DNA from: Chara braunii
Lineage: Eukaryota; Plantae; Charophyceae
DNA: 64,000 bases
Assembly: GCA_003427395.1 (NCBI GenBank)
Contig: BFEA01000018.1
Location: 874,578-938,577 of the forward strand
Direction of reading: 5' to 3'
Below, in pieces: positions 36,030 through 48,869 of this stretch. How positions within the stretch are numbered: position 1 is the first letter of the stretch; every line of letters starts with the position of its first letter. Below the pieces are notes generated by a model. It was not told the origin of the DNA, did no database searches, and worked only from the letters and a program-made list of their open reading frames with translations. The position numbers were made by a program, and so were the translations under genes.

Positions 36030-36630
36030 TGGAAGAAGGGGAGTAACACTCACCTTCGGCAACGTACTCCGAGGACGTCCAAGGCGGCGCCAGGTCGCAG
36101 TAGCAGAAGAATGAACTCCACGGTGGATTGCAGCAGTGGACAGAACGTGGAGTCAAGTGCTGTTTTTTTGCGCGGCGGCGGCCTGGAAAGCAAGGAGTTT
36201 GAATTTGAATTCTTAGGGCCTCCCCGTTGGAGGGCATCCCAGGAAGATGCATCCATCGCGAAAGGGCAAATCGAACAGCCACCACGGGAAAGGGGACCGG
36301 CGGTCCGGTAGGGGCATTCCCAAAAGTTGCGCCCCTCACTGACAGGGGCCTGCACGAAAGTTCGTAGGCCCCAGGGGCAAATCAGGGTAAGTCAGTCGTC
36401 GGAGGGGCAAAACGCAAATAAACGCAAACTTCAGGGGCATTTCGAAAATTTTCCCAAAAGAAAAAGCACAAAAAAAAAAAAAAAAAACACCACCTCAGAA
36501 TATAAATCCATCTCAATTTCTCTGCCATCGGATTCTCCTGCATCACTGGTCGGACGATGTCCCGCAGATGTCCCATAGGTGTTTGTGGGACACAGTTTAC
36601 CTTACTCCTTTGCTAGTGGAACCGTGCTCC
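35280..36630. mobile_element. Probable non-autonomous Harbinger-related element containing two (GA)n tracts; boundaries uncertain
   Basis: Right end TTTGCTAGTGGAACCGTGCTC resembles the TIRs at 40511 and 50663; shares GGGCGCGGGCCCGG and GAATTTGAATTC motifs with the Harbinger subterminus; no left TIR found. Confidence 0.35.
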
Positions 36631-36703
36631 TAGAGTGTCCATTTTAGTGTTCATAGTAGTGTGACTAGTGTCTATAGATTTTCTTCAGGATAAGGTTACA
36701 TTT

Positions 36704-38835
36704 GTTTTTTTTTTTTGCTTTTTTTTTTTAATTTAAAAGATCATTCATTTCCAGACTGAAAAACATTTGAGGCCGGGGACCTCACAATTCCACCTGGTAG
36801 TTATCCCGGCAGCATCAGCCGGTTTAGCTTATCTTTCCATTCTCACACTTAAAACTGCATTATTCTTGCAACTCAAAGTCTAACTAGGTCGCCTTAACGC
36901 ACTTAGTTTATTCTCCTCAAACAACTCCCCAAGGAAGTCCCTACTATCCTTCCTACCAAAGCTAACTACAACAGTACACAGACCTCAAGACGCTCTGAAC
37001 TTGGTCAAAAACTGACCAAGGGGAATACCAATTTCCTACCCACCTACCTGACACTCTCCACCCTCCCCTACTCTTGCGGTCTACTTCAACCGCCGACTGG
37101 AACCGAGTGTCCTGGTTCTAACAAAACCGCCTCATCTGTTCTCTATCCAACTGCACAACACCAATTTTCCATCTGGGTTAATCTTCGCTAACTGCTCTCT
37201 GACACACCAAATCTTACGAAACCAACTTTCGCCCCCTGACCTGTTTCCCCCCAGGACTTTCCGACTCCAGTCTGCTTTTATTGCCGCCATCAAAAGGAGC
37301 TTGAATGTGGCTCCCGCCTGTCTGTCAGACATGCCTTCTTTCTTGAATCTCAGGCCATTTCTTTCCAGCCAAATGACCCAGAGTAAAATTGCTCTGCAGA
37401 CTTGGGCAATGTAACCCCACCCTTCCTCTCTGCTAAAGCCTTCTGGGACAATGCCCAGCAGGGCCCAGCGTTGACCGATGAAATCTGACAACCCTGTAAA
37501 CCGCTTCCAATGGTATTCCCACCAAGTCCACCATTTCCGAGACTTGGGACAGTCCCACCATAGGTGCCTCATAGATTCTGGTCTGGTCCGACACCGGTCA
37601 CAGACTGTGTCTACCGCCATACCTTTCTCTATAAGCCAGGCAGCAGTAGGAACCGCCAGGTGGGATTGCAGCCAGAGCAAAGATACCAGTTTTTGAGACG
37701 GGAGAAGCTCGAGTTGGGCCCAGATCCGACTCAATTCCTTGTCTGTCGGCGGGGGCTGATCTGGAACTTCTCTCTGCCACCTTGAACCAATTTTCGTTAC
37801 CGCTCTGTTGGGGCCTGACTTCAGTTTCTGGAGAAGTTTCACATTCAGCATATCCAATCCCATTTCCGTGCCATCTTCCCATTTCCAGCCCCAGACCACT
37901 GCATCTATCCTTAGCTGTCTCAGAGGAGTCCCATTGCAGATCAAGAGCGGGATCATTGGAAAGCCTTCTTCTTCTGGACTTTGCATTTTTACTCTTACCT
38001 CCACAAAACCATTTAAGCCGTAATGTAGTTGCATTCCCACCTGCTCCAGTCTGGGCTGGGTCGGGTTCTCCTGTTTATATGTCTCCATCCAGCATTTGCC
38101 CAGCCCATCTTCTGTCCAACTTTCCAATCTGAGAAACAGTTCTGAATCGCCCTCCACCCTCTTGTACCATGAGCCTGGACAGTCAACACCTACCGGACCC
38201 AAAAGGTCCTTCCAGTCCGGTGGTATAGACCTTCTCAGCTGCTCTGCTCTAACTTCTTGTTCCGGGAGTTGTCCTAGGACCACCTTCAACTGCTGTGGCG
38301 TCTTCAATTGATTCGTCAGATTATCCCACAGATCCCCCACCGTCGACACACCCTTTTGCAGCCAGCTTAGCGAGAAATTGCCCGGTCTCCTTTCCAGAGA
38401 GAACCAATTACCCACTTCATCTCTGATCATCTGGTTTTCGAAGAGCGGTTGTCTTCTGACTTCTTCTTTGGTCTTTGGAGGGCACAGCAGGTCCTGTTTG
38501 GCTTTATTCCATGCCAGAAGGACGTCTCGCCAGAATCTAGACCTCGGACGCCGTCTGCTGAATGTATCGGACATGATAGCTACCCATACATCACTTGGCC
38601 TGGAAAACCCCCATTCCTCAGCCAGCAAAGCCTCGACTAACAGAATCCAATCTGCTTCCTGGTCTCCCGTGGCCACCCTCACCAGCCATTTTGCCAGTAG
38701 GGCTGTATTCTGAAGGGCCGGGTCTATCAGCGCCAGGCCACCTTCTTCCCTGGGCAGACATATGGAATCCCAAGCCACCTTTGAGATATAACCTTGGTCC
38801 GCTTCGCTGTCTGGTTTCCAGATGAACCCTCTGGC
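36704..38835 (-). mobile_element. LINE C: 5'-truncated LINE related to LINE A (ORF2 C-terminal ~570 aa open, 3' UTR, poly(A))
   Basis: FIWKP...ISKVAWDSICLPREEGGLALIDP...CDRCRTRPESMRHLWWDC; stop at 37132; T-tract 36704-36729. Confidence 0.9.
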
Positions 38836-38849
38836 TGCACTTTTGGTTT

Positions 38850-38932
38850 TAGGGATACAAGTCACAGGCGCGCCGCGGCCATGCTGCGGCAGGCGGGGTG
38901 CTGGCATGTGACCCCGTGGCACCAAAGATGCG

Positions 38933-39011
<79 letters not shown>

Positions 39012-39244
39012 TTCCATTCATAGGATGAGCAAAATGGGAATCAATCTGTCGCTAGAGCAGTGGATACTTCCATGTTCCAGTGAAGCGTGGCAATGTCGAT
39101 CTTTGTGTGTGTGTGTGCAGGATGAGCAAAATCGGAATGAATCTTCAGACAGAACATGGAAATATATGAGCAAAATCGGAATGAATCTTCCACTACAACA
39201 TGGAAATATACACTGCCACTTTTTTCCTTCTCTTTGTTTTTGTT

Positions 39245-39312
<68 letters not shown>

Positions 39313-39820
39313 NNNNNNNNNNNNNNNNNNNNNNNNNNNNNNNNNNNAGAGAGAGAATAGGTAATTCTCCAACCTCGCGGCTGGCGTCACGCTACTTCCA
39401 TGATAGGATGAGCAAAATCGAACGAATCTTTCGGTAGAACATAGAAATATACACTCCCTGGTTGAATCTGCCCGACACCTGTGGGACAACACTTTCTGCA
39501 ATCGCAGGCACGGCGCGAAACAAACCCGGCGTGCACCGAAAAAAGACGTACCAACGCGCGCCCGCCCGCCCCAAAAAAAAAACCGTAGGAAACGCGTCTA
39601 CCCCATCCAACCCAAAAAATTGAAAACGCGGAAAACGAAGTGAATTCGGAGCCCTTGAACCCGCGCCCTGCAAAGTGGGCCGTGAAAAAGTGTGCAGTAA
39701 ACGACAAAAAACAAAACAAAACGAAACGTTGCACAGCACCTGTCCCATCCAACCGAAGCGCCGGACTTCTTTTCCCTGGTCCCGTGGGAGCGTTTTTCGA
39801 GGACCGCTTTTGCCTTTAAG
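38850..39820. repeat. Microsatellite-rich repeat: (GA)n, (GT)n and four copies of a GATGAGCAAAATCGGAATGAATCTT-like motif
   Basis: Motif at ~39024, 39121, 39166 and 39407. Confidence 0.6.
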
Positions 39821-40362
39821 TATTAGTAGATTGTTAGTTAGTAGAGGGATTGGATTCAGATGAGAATAAGGATTAGAATCTTGCCACAGTCGTGACCTGG
39901 GCTTTGATTGGCCGGAGAGCCTTGCTCCGCCTTAGAGCTGCACCCAACTTTGTGAGGGAAGCGGGCCCCCATTCCCTGGCACAGCTTTATAAATGTTGCT
40001 CCTTCTTAAAATAGGGGAAAAAAAAAAAAGAAAAAAAAAAGTCCCCTTTTCCAACCCCATCCCTAACCACAACCCTCGTTCCGTTAGGGATGGCATTGCC
40101 CTTCTCAGCTCAAACTGACTGCGGCATTCATGTGAGGGACGCCGGGCCCGTTTCCCAGTTTTTAATTGAAAGTTGTTGTTGTTTTTTTTTTAAGAAAAAA
40201 AAGTGCCCCTTTCCCTTTGAGAAACTTTTGCGTTTCTGTTTTCTTTGACAGCCAATGGGAGGCAGCTTATAATCTGGGCCACAATATTTTGAAGGGGTAA
40301 CTTTTCAGTACAGTCCCAAAAAACAGTTCGAAATTACACTTCAACCAGCGGGCCTAGTCCAG

Positions 40363-40528
40363 GGCCCAGGTCCCACTAGCAAAAAGGATAGGATAGAGCT
40401 CCTGAATCTAGATGTGTTGTAAGCAGAGATGCAGAAAAGCAGTTCAATCTCGGTTTCCTGCACATCTCCATTATCTCGTCCAGATTCGGGCATTCGATCC
40501 GATCCTCTTTGCTAGTGGGACCACGCCC
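40363..40528. mobile_element. Harbinger-type foldback MITE with CAG TSD
   Basis: TIR GGCCCAGGTCCCACTAGC / GCTAGTGGGACCACGCCC; CAG on both flanks; nearly fully palindromic. Confidence 0.8.
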
Positions 40529-41682
40529 CAGCTGGTACAACCACACACTGTTGAAATACCGACCTGAGTTCGAATCCAAATAGAATCAAATTACAGTGCA
40601 GGCCTTCCCTGAACATGACACACCCCCACGGAACCCTACCTGACCAGACAGTGAGCTTGTATACATCGCCCACCGAAGTGGAATTTGAAATTCTTTTTTT
40701 TTTTCCTTTTTTTTTTTATGAGAAAGAATACAAGTCTTTATAAAAGCTGGGAACCGGGCCCAGCGTCCCTTACAAATTTTTTAGGTGGGGCCCTCAGCGG
40801 GGCAAGGCATCACCGGCCAAGCACATCGAGGGCACCACTAGATTTTTTATTATTTTTTTTTTTATTATTTTTTTTTTTTTAAAACAAATTTCAACTTCGT
40901 TAAAAGCCGGGAACGGGGCCGGCATCCCTCACATAGATGCTGCAGCCATCCGGGCTAAGAAGGGCACTCCCGGCCGACCCCATCCCCAGCGACAGCATCC
41001 AGCTACCGAGACCCCAGTCCCCCCCAGCACTATCTGGCGTCAAGTTGCTTAAAAAAAAAAAAAAAAAAAATCTTTTTTGCCCAAAGTGTATTTTCAAACT
41101 GTTTTTGTGACTCCCGCGTAGTTTCCCGCATTTCAAAAGACGAAAAATGAGTTCCGGAAAACAATATCCACCAAAAAATATGGGCACTGTCAGATCCTGT
41201 CTCGATCGGCGGCTGCTGTGAGCTCCACCCCTGTCTCACGTCTAGAATCTCGTCTTATCCCTTGGCTAGTGGGACCGCACCCCGAGGTCCTCCATGGTAC
41301 TCCCAAACTGGCAGTTGTTCGGAGGACCCATGTGTCTGTGTTCCTTTTTTTTTTTCTTTTTTTTTTTCCTGACACGTATCATTCCATTCGGCTCTGCTAT
41401 TCGACGGCGCACATTGAAGTGTTTTTCATTTCCGGGCTTTTTTTAAAGAAAAAAAGGAGAATCATCCACGTGTCTGCAGGAGGAGCGCACAAGGCATGCT
41501 ATGTGCTTTTGCACTGTTGGCATCAAGAGGCCACAAAAGGGCCTTGCTTCCTGTTCGGGGGGAGGGAGAGGGGGTCGAAATTCTTACCTTTTTTTTTTTT
41601 TTTTTGGGGGGGGGGGGGGAAAGAAGAGGGAAGACAGTCCACTTCCGTGTGCCTAGATTCCTTGTTCTGCACAGACTTCCTG

Positions 41683-41847
41683 GGCCGCAGTCCCACTAGC
41701 AAGGAGGCTTTGAAAAAGTGCCTGAATCTGGATGCTTTTAGGGCAGAGATTCAGAAGGCAGATAAATAGGGATATTCTGCTACTCTCCACAAACATGTCC
41801 AGATTCAGGCATTCAATCCACTCCTCATTGCAAGTGGGACTTCACCC
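41683..41847. mobile_element. Second copy of the same foldback MITE, CTG TSD
   Basis: GGCCGCAGTCCCACTAGC / GCAAGTGGGACTTCACCC; CTG on both flanks; internal similarity to 40363-40528. Confidence 0.8.
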
Positions 41848-42337
41848 CTGTGCATCATGTGTGCTTCGCGCATCCTTGTGCATATTTGGAATCCTGTGAG
41901 GTCTTGTCAGTTTTTTTAACTTTTTTTTTTTTTTTTTTCTAACGTCTTGTCAGTTTTACAATCTATAGATTCCCTGTTCTGGAACCCAAAAAAAAACAAA
42001 ACAAACAAAAAAAAAATTCCTTGTTGCGGAACGTGGATAATGAGGCGATCGGGGATCAATGGCCATAACCACAGGATCCAAGCAAGTGGGATCTATCCTT
42101 ATTATAGCTGTTGGTGGGGGCAATTTTCAGTCTAGATAGAGGGAAAATGACTTTTTTTTTTTTTTATGTTCTACTTGGGGAAGACGGTAGCCCGAGGAAG
42201 GGGGATGAACCTTGAAAAATATTTTTTTTCTGCTGTCATTTGGAACGTGCCATGCAGCATGCTTTGTTTTGTTTTCTAATATATGATCTATGCTTAAAAA
42301 AAAAAAAAAAAAAGAGGAAGAAAGAAAGAAGATCTAC

Positions 42338-42389
<52 letters not shown>

Positions 42390-42941
42390 GTGCGTGTGTG
42401 TGTTAATCACCATCCTCCTTTTTTTTTCTTTCCCCTTTCTAAACGAAGAATTACTCATTAGTACATCTCATCCAGCATCTTAAAAAACATAAAAAAAAAA
42501 AAAAAAAAACATTTTGAAAAAAAGCAATGAAAGCATCCTTTTTTTTTCCAGCATCTTTTCAGTGACTGGCTAGGAAAGTCCATTTGTGCAAAAAGTTGTT
42601 TTCTTGGAAACTTGGAAAGAGAATCTTTGCGTGCTGTCCAAATGCTGCATCTTCACGTGACATGCCATCTTCTTTTTTTGCATGCCATCTTCTTTGAGAG
42701 GTGGGAGGGGAAAAAAAAGAGAAAACACCAAGTCCATCATTGCTTCCTCCTCGTCTGTGCAGGTGGCGTATCTTGGTGGATGCAAGTGCTTTTTTTTTTT
42801 CTTCTTCTTCTTCTTCTTTTGTCTTTTTTTCTTGTGAACTGCATGCATCTGTTTTTACTTGTGAAATGCATGCATGTTTTCATATTCCCTATGCACAGCT
42901 TTTTTTTTTTTTTTTCTCTTTTTTTTTTTTTGTGTGTGTGA

Positions 42942-42974
<33 letters not shown>

Positions 42975-43422
42975 TGTGTGTGGTCAAATTCGCTATACAC
43001 AACTACTCAAAGAAAAGCATGACTAAAAAAAAAAAAAAAGAAAAGCATGACTGTGCAGTCCGTGCCAGAGAGACTGTTTCATTGAACTTTCACAACTCAT
43101 CAGGAGGTTTTGTGTTCGTCTGTGCGTGAAGTTTTTTTGTTTTTTTTTTAATTAACTACACGATGTTCTTCTCTCAAATTCTTAAAAAAAAAAAAAAAAA
43201 AAAAAAAAGGGCGATGGCCTTGAGGTATAACCAGCCCAGGTTAATTCAATATTGTGTCTAATCTGACATCGGGTGGCCTTTTCAGCCCCAAATTCTTTTT
43301 TGGCTTTCTTTGAACATTGTTTTTCCTTTTTTTTTTATAAAGAAAATGAAAACTTTATTACTGGGTCCCAGTGCCTAAGGCTGTGTATATGAGACTATCC
43401 AAATAGCCCAGCGGTGGGGGGG

Positions 43423-43466
<44 letters not shown>

Positions 43467-43555
43467 CAGGGACAAAGGGGCGAGTTCGGGACATTAATGT
43501 ATCCGTCTGTTTCGGTCAAGATTTGAACTCGCAACTTGTTCACAGACAGCTACAT

Positions 43556-43589
<34 letters not shown>

Positions 43590-43912
43590 ACTACATGTGT
43601 TTATCATTCATCCAGGTGGGCGGGAAGATGTGTGCTCGAATCCTCTGCTTGGCGGCACCCTTCTGCTCTTACCTATTCCAGCCATTCCGGGCTTAAAGAA
43701 AAGAATGTGATTCTATTAGGGCATTCATTACGCAAGGACGTGGACATACTTTATGTATTTAACTGTAATCACAGCTACTTTCACTGAAACGAATTCTAAA
43801 CTTTCACTGAAAAGAATTCTAAACTTTGTTTTGGACAATTGGTAGACTTTGTTCGAAGCTGTCTCTAGACTAAGACTAAATTGAAAATAAAAATAAAAAT
43901 AAATGCGACTGT

Positions 43913-44017
43913 GTCCTTTGGGACATCCGTTAAAATTGGAACGATATATCCGAGAAAGAAGATTAGCATGGCCCCTGCACAACGATGGCACGCATTAATC
44001 GAGAAACGGTCCAAATT
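43913..44017 (+). pseudogene. U6: U6 snRNA pseudogene, full length, with A tail
   Basis: GTCCTTTGGGACATCCGTTAAAATTGGAACGATATATCCGAGAAAGAAGATTAGCATGGCCCCTGCACAACGATGGCACGCATTAATCGAGAAACGGTCCAAATT; the ACAGAGA box is disrupted. Confidence 0.9.
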
Positions 44018-45010
44018 ATTTATAAAAAAAAAGGTGCAAGTTTCCATGCAACTGTGATAAGATGGATTTAACTTTAATTGCAGTCTTTTTCACTGCAAAG
44101 CGTTCTAGAATCTAGACTGCTTTCTAGACTAAGGGCCTCGTTCCATACCACTTGAAATGTAAGGATCCTTACAAAATCATCGTTCCACAGCACCCTAATC
44201 ACGACGAAAACGAACTCCGGAGTGTTTCCACATTTTGGGGCTGTAGGGTCCTCCCTTAAAAAATAAGGGCGGCCCAGGCAAAACGACGGAAATCTCTAGA
44301 AAGCCGTCGGAGGTGACTTGAGATGTGAGGGTGGGACCCTACAGGTCGCGTCATTCGCGGAGGCGGTCGGCAATTTTTTTTGTTTCCTGACGAACCGCGT
44401 TTGTTCCTGGTCCAGTGCGTGGACGACCAGCCCTTCGGCGGGACATTGGCACCGGCGAGACCCGGTACCGGTGGATCCAGTGCCGTTGCGAGGCCACATT
44501 GGCTGTTGGGAGGGGAGGAACGACTTTCCGGAAGCGGCANNNNNNNNNNNNNNNNNNNNNNNNNNNNNNNNNNNNNNNNNNNNNNNNNNNNNNNNNNNNN
44601 NNNNNNNNNNNNNNNNNNNNNNNNNNNNNNNNNNNNNNNNNNNNNNNNNNNNNNNNNNNNNNNNNNNNNNNNNNNNNNNNNNNNNNNNNNNNNNNNNNNN
44701 NNNNNNNNNNNNNNNNNNNNNNNNNNNNNNNNNNNNNNNNNNNNNNNNNNNNNNNNNNNNNNNNNNNNNNNNNNNNNNNNNNNNNNNNNNNNNNNNNNNN
44801 NNNNNNNNNNNNNNNNNNNNNNNNNNNNNNNNNNNNNNNNNNNNNNNNNNNNNNNNNNNNNNNNNNNNNNNNNNNNNNNNNNNNNNNNNNNNNNNNNNNN
44901 NNNNNNNNNNNNNNNNNNNNNNNNNNNNNNNNNNNNNNNNNNNNNNNNNNNNNNNNNNNCGGAAGAAGCAAACGAAGAAGGACTGCGGAGGACGCAGGGC
45001 GAGGAAGGGG

Positions 45011-46630
45011 ATGGGCGATGATAATCCCCATGGCGGGCACATGTATGGGATGGGGTCTGCCCCTACGAACGGCNTTCCCGACGGAATGCGCCAGCGATTC
45101 GACCCCNCATTGTACGCCCATCTGCCGAGTTACATGCAGCCCTTGCCAGATGACGAGGACTGGGTGCCGCCCCCTTCAACCCTCCCTCTCGCATGGGGTT
45201 CCACGCAGACCTCCTACGAGACCGGGGGTAGATCGGGTGATCGCGGCACTGGGATGGGTCCGATGTCCACGTTGTTGACGGGAGGGGGGGGGGCGGGGCC
45301 GGATCCTTTGCAACTGCACTTGTCGTCGTCGTGCAGCATGGATGCTTCAAGAACCGTCCTCGTGGAGCACAGCAGTCGGTCACAGGGCGGTGTGTCGGTG
45401 ACAATGCAGGACGCCCGAAAAGATGGACCTCAGACACAGCGGCCGGCGAGGTCATCGTCTGCATGCACGAGCAGCCATAGCCGACCGCCGGGCTTCACGA
45501 CTCCTCTCGGCACTAGGGTTCCCCACGCTGTGGTGAACGGAAGAGTGACGACGCCGACTGCGGCAGAGTCCCCCCAAGTGATAGAGAGGATCATAGCGCG
45601 GTACTCAAGGATGCGTACGGACGTTCAACGCGATGATGTAGGTGACACCTGCGCCGACGGTGAGGATGTGTCGGAGGATTGCACGGACGACGACGATGAA
45701 AGCGACGACGATGGCGAGCCTGCGGTGAAGGAGCCAACATCGAAGGGGGGGAAGAAGAAGGCAAGCAAGAGTCGTGCGAAGTCGAAGGCGAGGGAGGAAG
45801 GGGGGGGTGCAGATGGCGAGGGTGGGGGAGGGAGCACGCGGCAGAACTGGCATTTGGACGAATCGCTCGTCCTCGTCCGGTGCAAGAGGGACCTGGACGA
45901 GTATATGGCGAGCCAAGGCAGCAACTTCGCGCGGATGAAGACGAAGACCTGGAAATGGAACGAGATAGCGAAGCGGATGGTGCAGCAGGGTGTCACGAAT
46001 AGAGATGGGGAATCGTGCATGAAGAGATGGGAGAACATTTTCGGGTGGTACAGAAAAATTTGGGACAGGGAAAAGGACTCGGGCGTGCAATCTTTTTTCC
46101 TGCTCTCCTCGAAGAAGCGCAAAGAACTAGGCTTCAAGTTCGTGCTGGATAGACAACTATATGATGCCATGATTGCCATCCACGCAACGACCCCCAACAA
46201 TCAGGCCATACACCCGCCTAATCTACATGACACCGGCGGACTGCCTCCGCAGCAACCGAATGAGGGTGAGCAGAGCCAACCGCGGGGGCCGATAGTCGTG
46301 GGAGAGACGTCTGCGAGTGACAACATGGAGAGCGGAGCGGGGGACGGGTATGGCAACAGATCTTCAGGGGGCACGGCTGCAGGGAAGCGGAAGAATGCGC
46401 GGCAGCTGGCCTTCGATGTTGTCGCGGATGTGATGAAGACGCATTCGACAATCGTGGCGGAGTCTGTAGATCGTGCCAGCAAGCGTCAATGCGATGTGCT
46501 GCAACGGCAATGCGACATAATGGAGAGGGAGGCGAGGACGTAGGAGAAACAGTGCGAGGTGCTTGATGCGGGTCAGCGCATGCTGTGCGATGCGTTGCTG
46601 AAGTTAGCATCCGCGCTATCTCGGAGTTGA
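45011..46630 (+). pseudogene. Harbinger Myb/SANT (trihelix-like) DNA-binding protein with an in-frame TAG at 46541; true start may lie in or before the gap
   Basis: WHLDESLVLV...KWNEIAKRM...RDGESCMKRWENI; C-terminal coiled coil continues past the TAG to TGA at 46630. Confidence 0.85.
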
Positions 46631-47907
46631 CATGGACAGGCCCCGAATCCCCTCACCCCCCCCCGCTTCCGAACATGCCCCCAACACCCCAGTACCTGCA
46701 CCACCCATATAAGTAACACCCCCCAAGCCACGAAACCCCCTTCCCCACTATCTGCGCCGAATTTCGGGGCCCACCCCTGTTGTGCACCCCTTCGCTGGTA
46801 ACGCAGGCAGAACCCTCTGCAGGGGTTGTGATGCAATCGTCCGTTGATGGAGGCAAGCCATCGGACGGCAATGAAGACGGCGCCGGGGACTTTGAACACG
46901 ACATCCCGTCCGTGGTGGACTACAAATACTCGGATGACCTGTGGCGGGTACCATCATAGGCACTAGGATTATCACTGCCTTCCTTTCGGCAATTATTCTG
47001 CGGCCGTGTTCGTCATCCGTTGTTCTACGCGCGGGCGGTTGTCGGTGGTCGTGCCTGGTGGGAGGAGTGCAGGTTTTGGTCACGCGCGTTCGAGACAGGT
47101 GGTCACATCGGGGATCCGCTTCTGCTCCTTGGTGGATTGCAGTGCAGATGGAGGTTGAAGTGGCGCTGCGGGGGCGGGTTTTGGGTCGGTCCGTCATCTT
47201 CTACGAGATGCGGCACCGACGCGGGCTTGATTACAGTAGGGATTTCGGATTCGAGAACGGCGTGTCCAGGCATGAAGTGCGCCATTACGAGATCGACGCC
47301 GATGGAGACACGTGTCTCCATCTGACGGTGGGCTTCGGATTTGGCAGAATTCTTCTGCGGCAGGTGGTGGTTTTCGCGCGAAAGGTGGGGACAACCATCC
47401 CCAACCGCTGGGAAGGAGGCGTCGATGTGTTGTCAAACATCATCGACCTGTTTGTCTCCAACGTGGCGATGGGGTACGCCGGCCGCCTCCACGAGCCGGC
47501 GTTGTACNNNNNNNNNNNNNNNNNNNNNNNNNNNNNNNNNNNNNNNNNNNNNNNNNNNNNNNNNNNNNNNNNNNNNNNNNNNNNNNNNNNNNNNNNNNNN
47601 NNNNNNNNNNNNNNNNNNNNNNNNNNNNNNNNNNNNNNNNNNNNNNNNNNNNNNNNNNNNNNNNNNNNNNNNNNNNNNNNNNNNNNNNNNNNNNNNNNNN
47701 NNNNNNNNNNNNNNNNNNNNNNNNNNNNNNNNNNNNNNNNNNNNNNNNNNNNNNNNNNNNNNNNNNNNNNNNNNNNNNNNNNNNNNNNNNNNNNNNNNNN
47801 NNNNNNNNNNNNNNNNNNNNNNNNNNNNNNNNNNNNNNNNNNNNNNNNNNNNNNNNNNNNNNNNNNNNNNNNNNNNNNNNNNNNNNNNNNNNNNNNNNNN
47901 NNNNNNN

Positions 47908-47982
<75 letters not shown>

Positions 47983-48869
47983 GACAGTCAAACCTTTCCC
48001 TGGGCCATCCCCACAGAAGCAATCAATGTTGTTTCCGCCTTCTTGTCGGCGGCGTGATGTGATGACGGGGATGGATGGTTCTGTTATTGTTTAGGTGCCG
48101 CAACGGTGAATCCATCCCTGTCCTTGTTCGTGTTAAGATTGTCATTCGTTTTTTTTAGTGCTTCGTGAATGAAACTTTGCTTTCTGGCCATTTTGTCGTT
48201 TTGCTTTCAGTGAGTCTTCATTCAGTTTCTTGAGTGCTTCGTGAATGACACTTTGCTTTCCGTCCATGTCGTCGTTTTGGTTTTTGTTTTATTTTCGTCG
48301 CTTTGCTTTCAGTAAGTCGTGCATGATATTTATCGCTTTCGTTTGCAATGGTCTGAACGCGATTATTGAATACCGATTAAACGATGACACGATAACTGAC
48401 ATATAATACGTTTCATATGAAAGCTCACTCGAAGTCATCATCACATTCAGTGCTCGAATTGGAATGCACAAATTTCAAACACATGTCATCAAATCACACG
48501 CACCCCAACTTCCTTCAAACATCACCCTCCCATGCTGGCGAAAATCGAACAATCGCAAAGAGAAAAACAACCATCATTAGTAAAAAAACAACAGAGGCGA
48601 GAAGAAGAAAATAAGATCGAGTTCACCTAAACTGAAAATACAAGTCGACTCTCATCAATAGGAACACGAAAACAAATGACACTAAACTAACCCCCCCTTA
48701 CCCAGCCCCGACCCCCCCTACTCAGCCCCAAATCTCCACGGCGAAGCCCGAACCTTTGCACTGCACTAACCGCTGTGACCGTGAATGGGGGCAGACCGAA
48801 ATCCCCCACCCACAAAACACCCGCAAAGCTCCACCATTCAGCAATCCCCATCTACGGGATGCAAACCAA

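Noticed and set aside
35179-36114. ERERER / SLSLSL ORFs
   Set aside because: Translations of (GA)n microsatellites
43913-44017. Functional U6 gene
   Set aside because: ACAGAGA box disrupted, an A tail instead of a T-run terminator, and no recognisable upstream promoter
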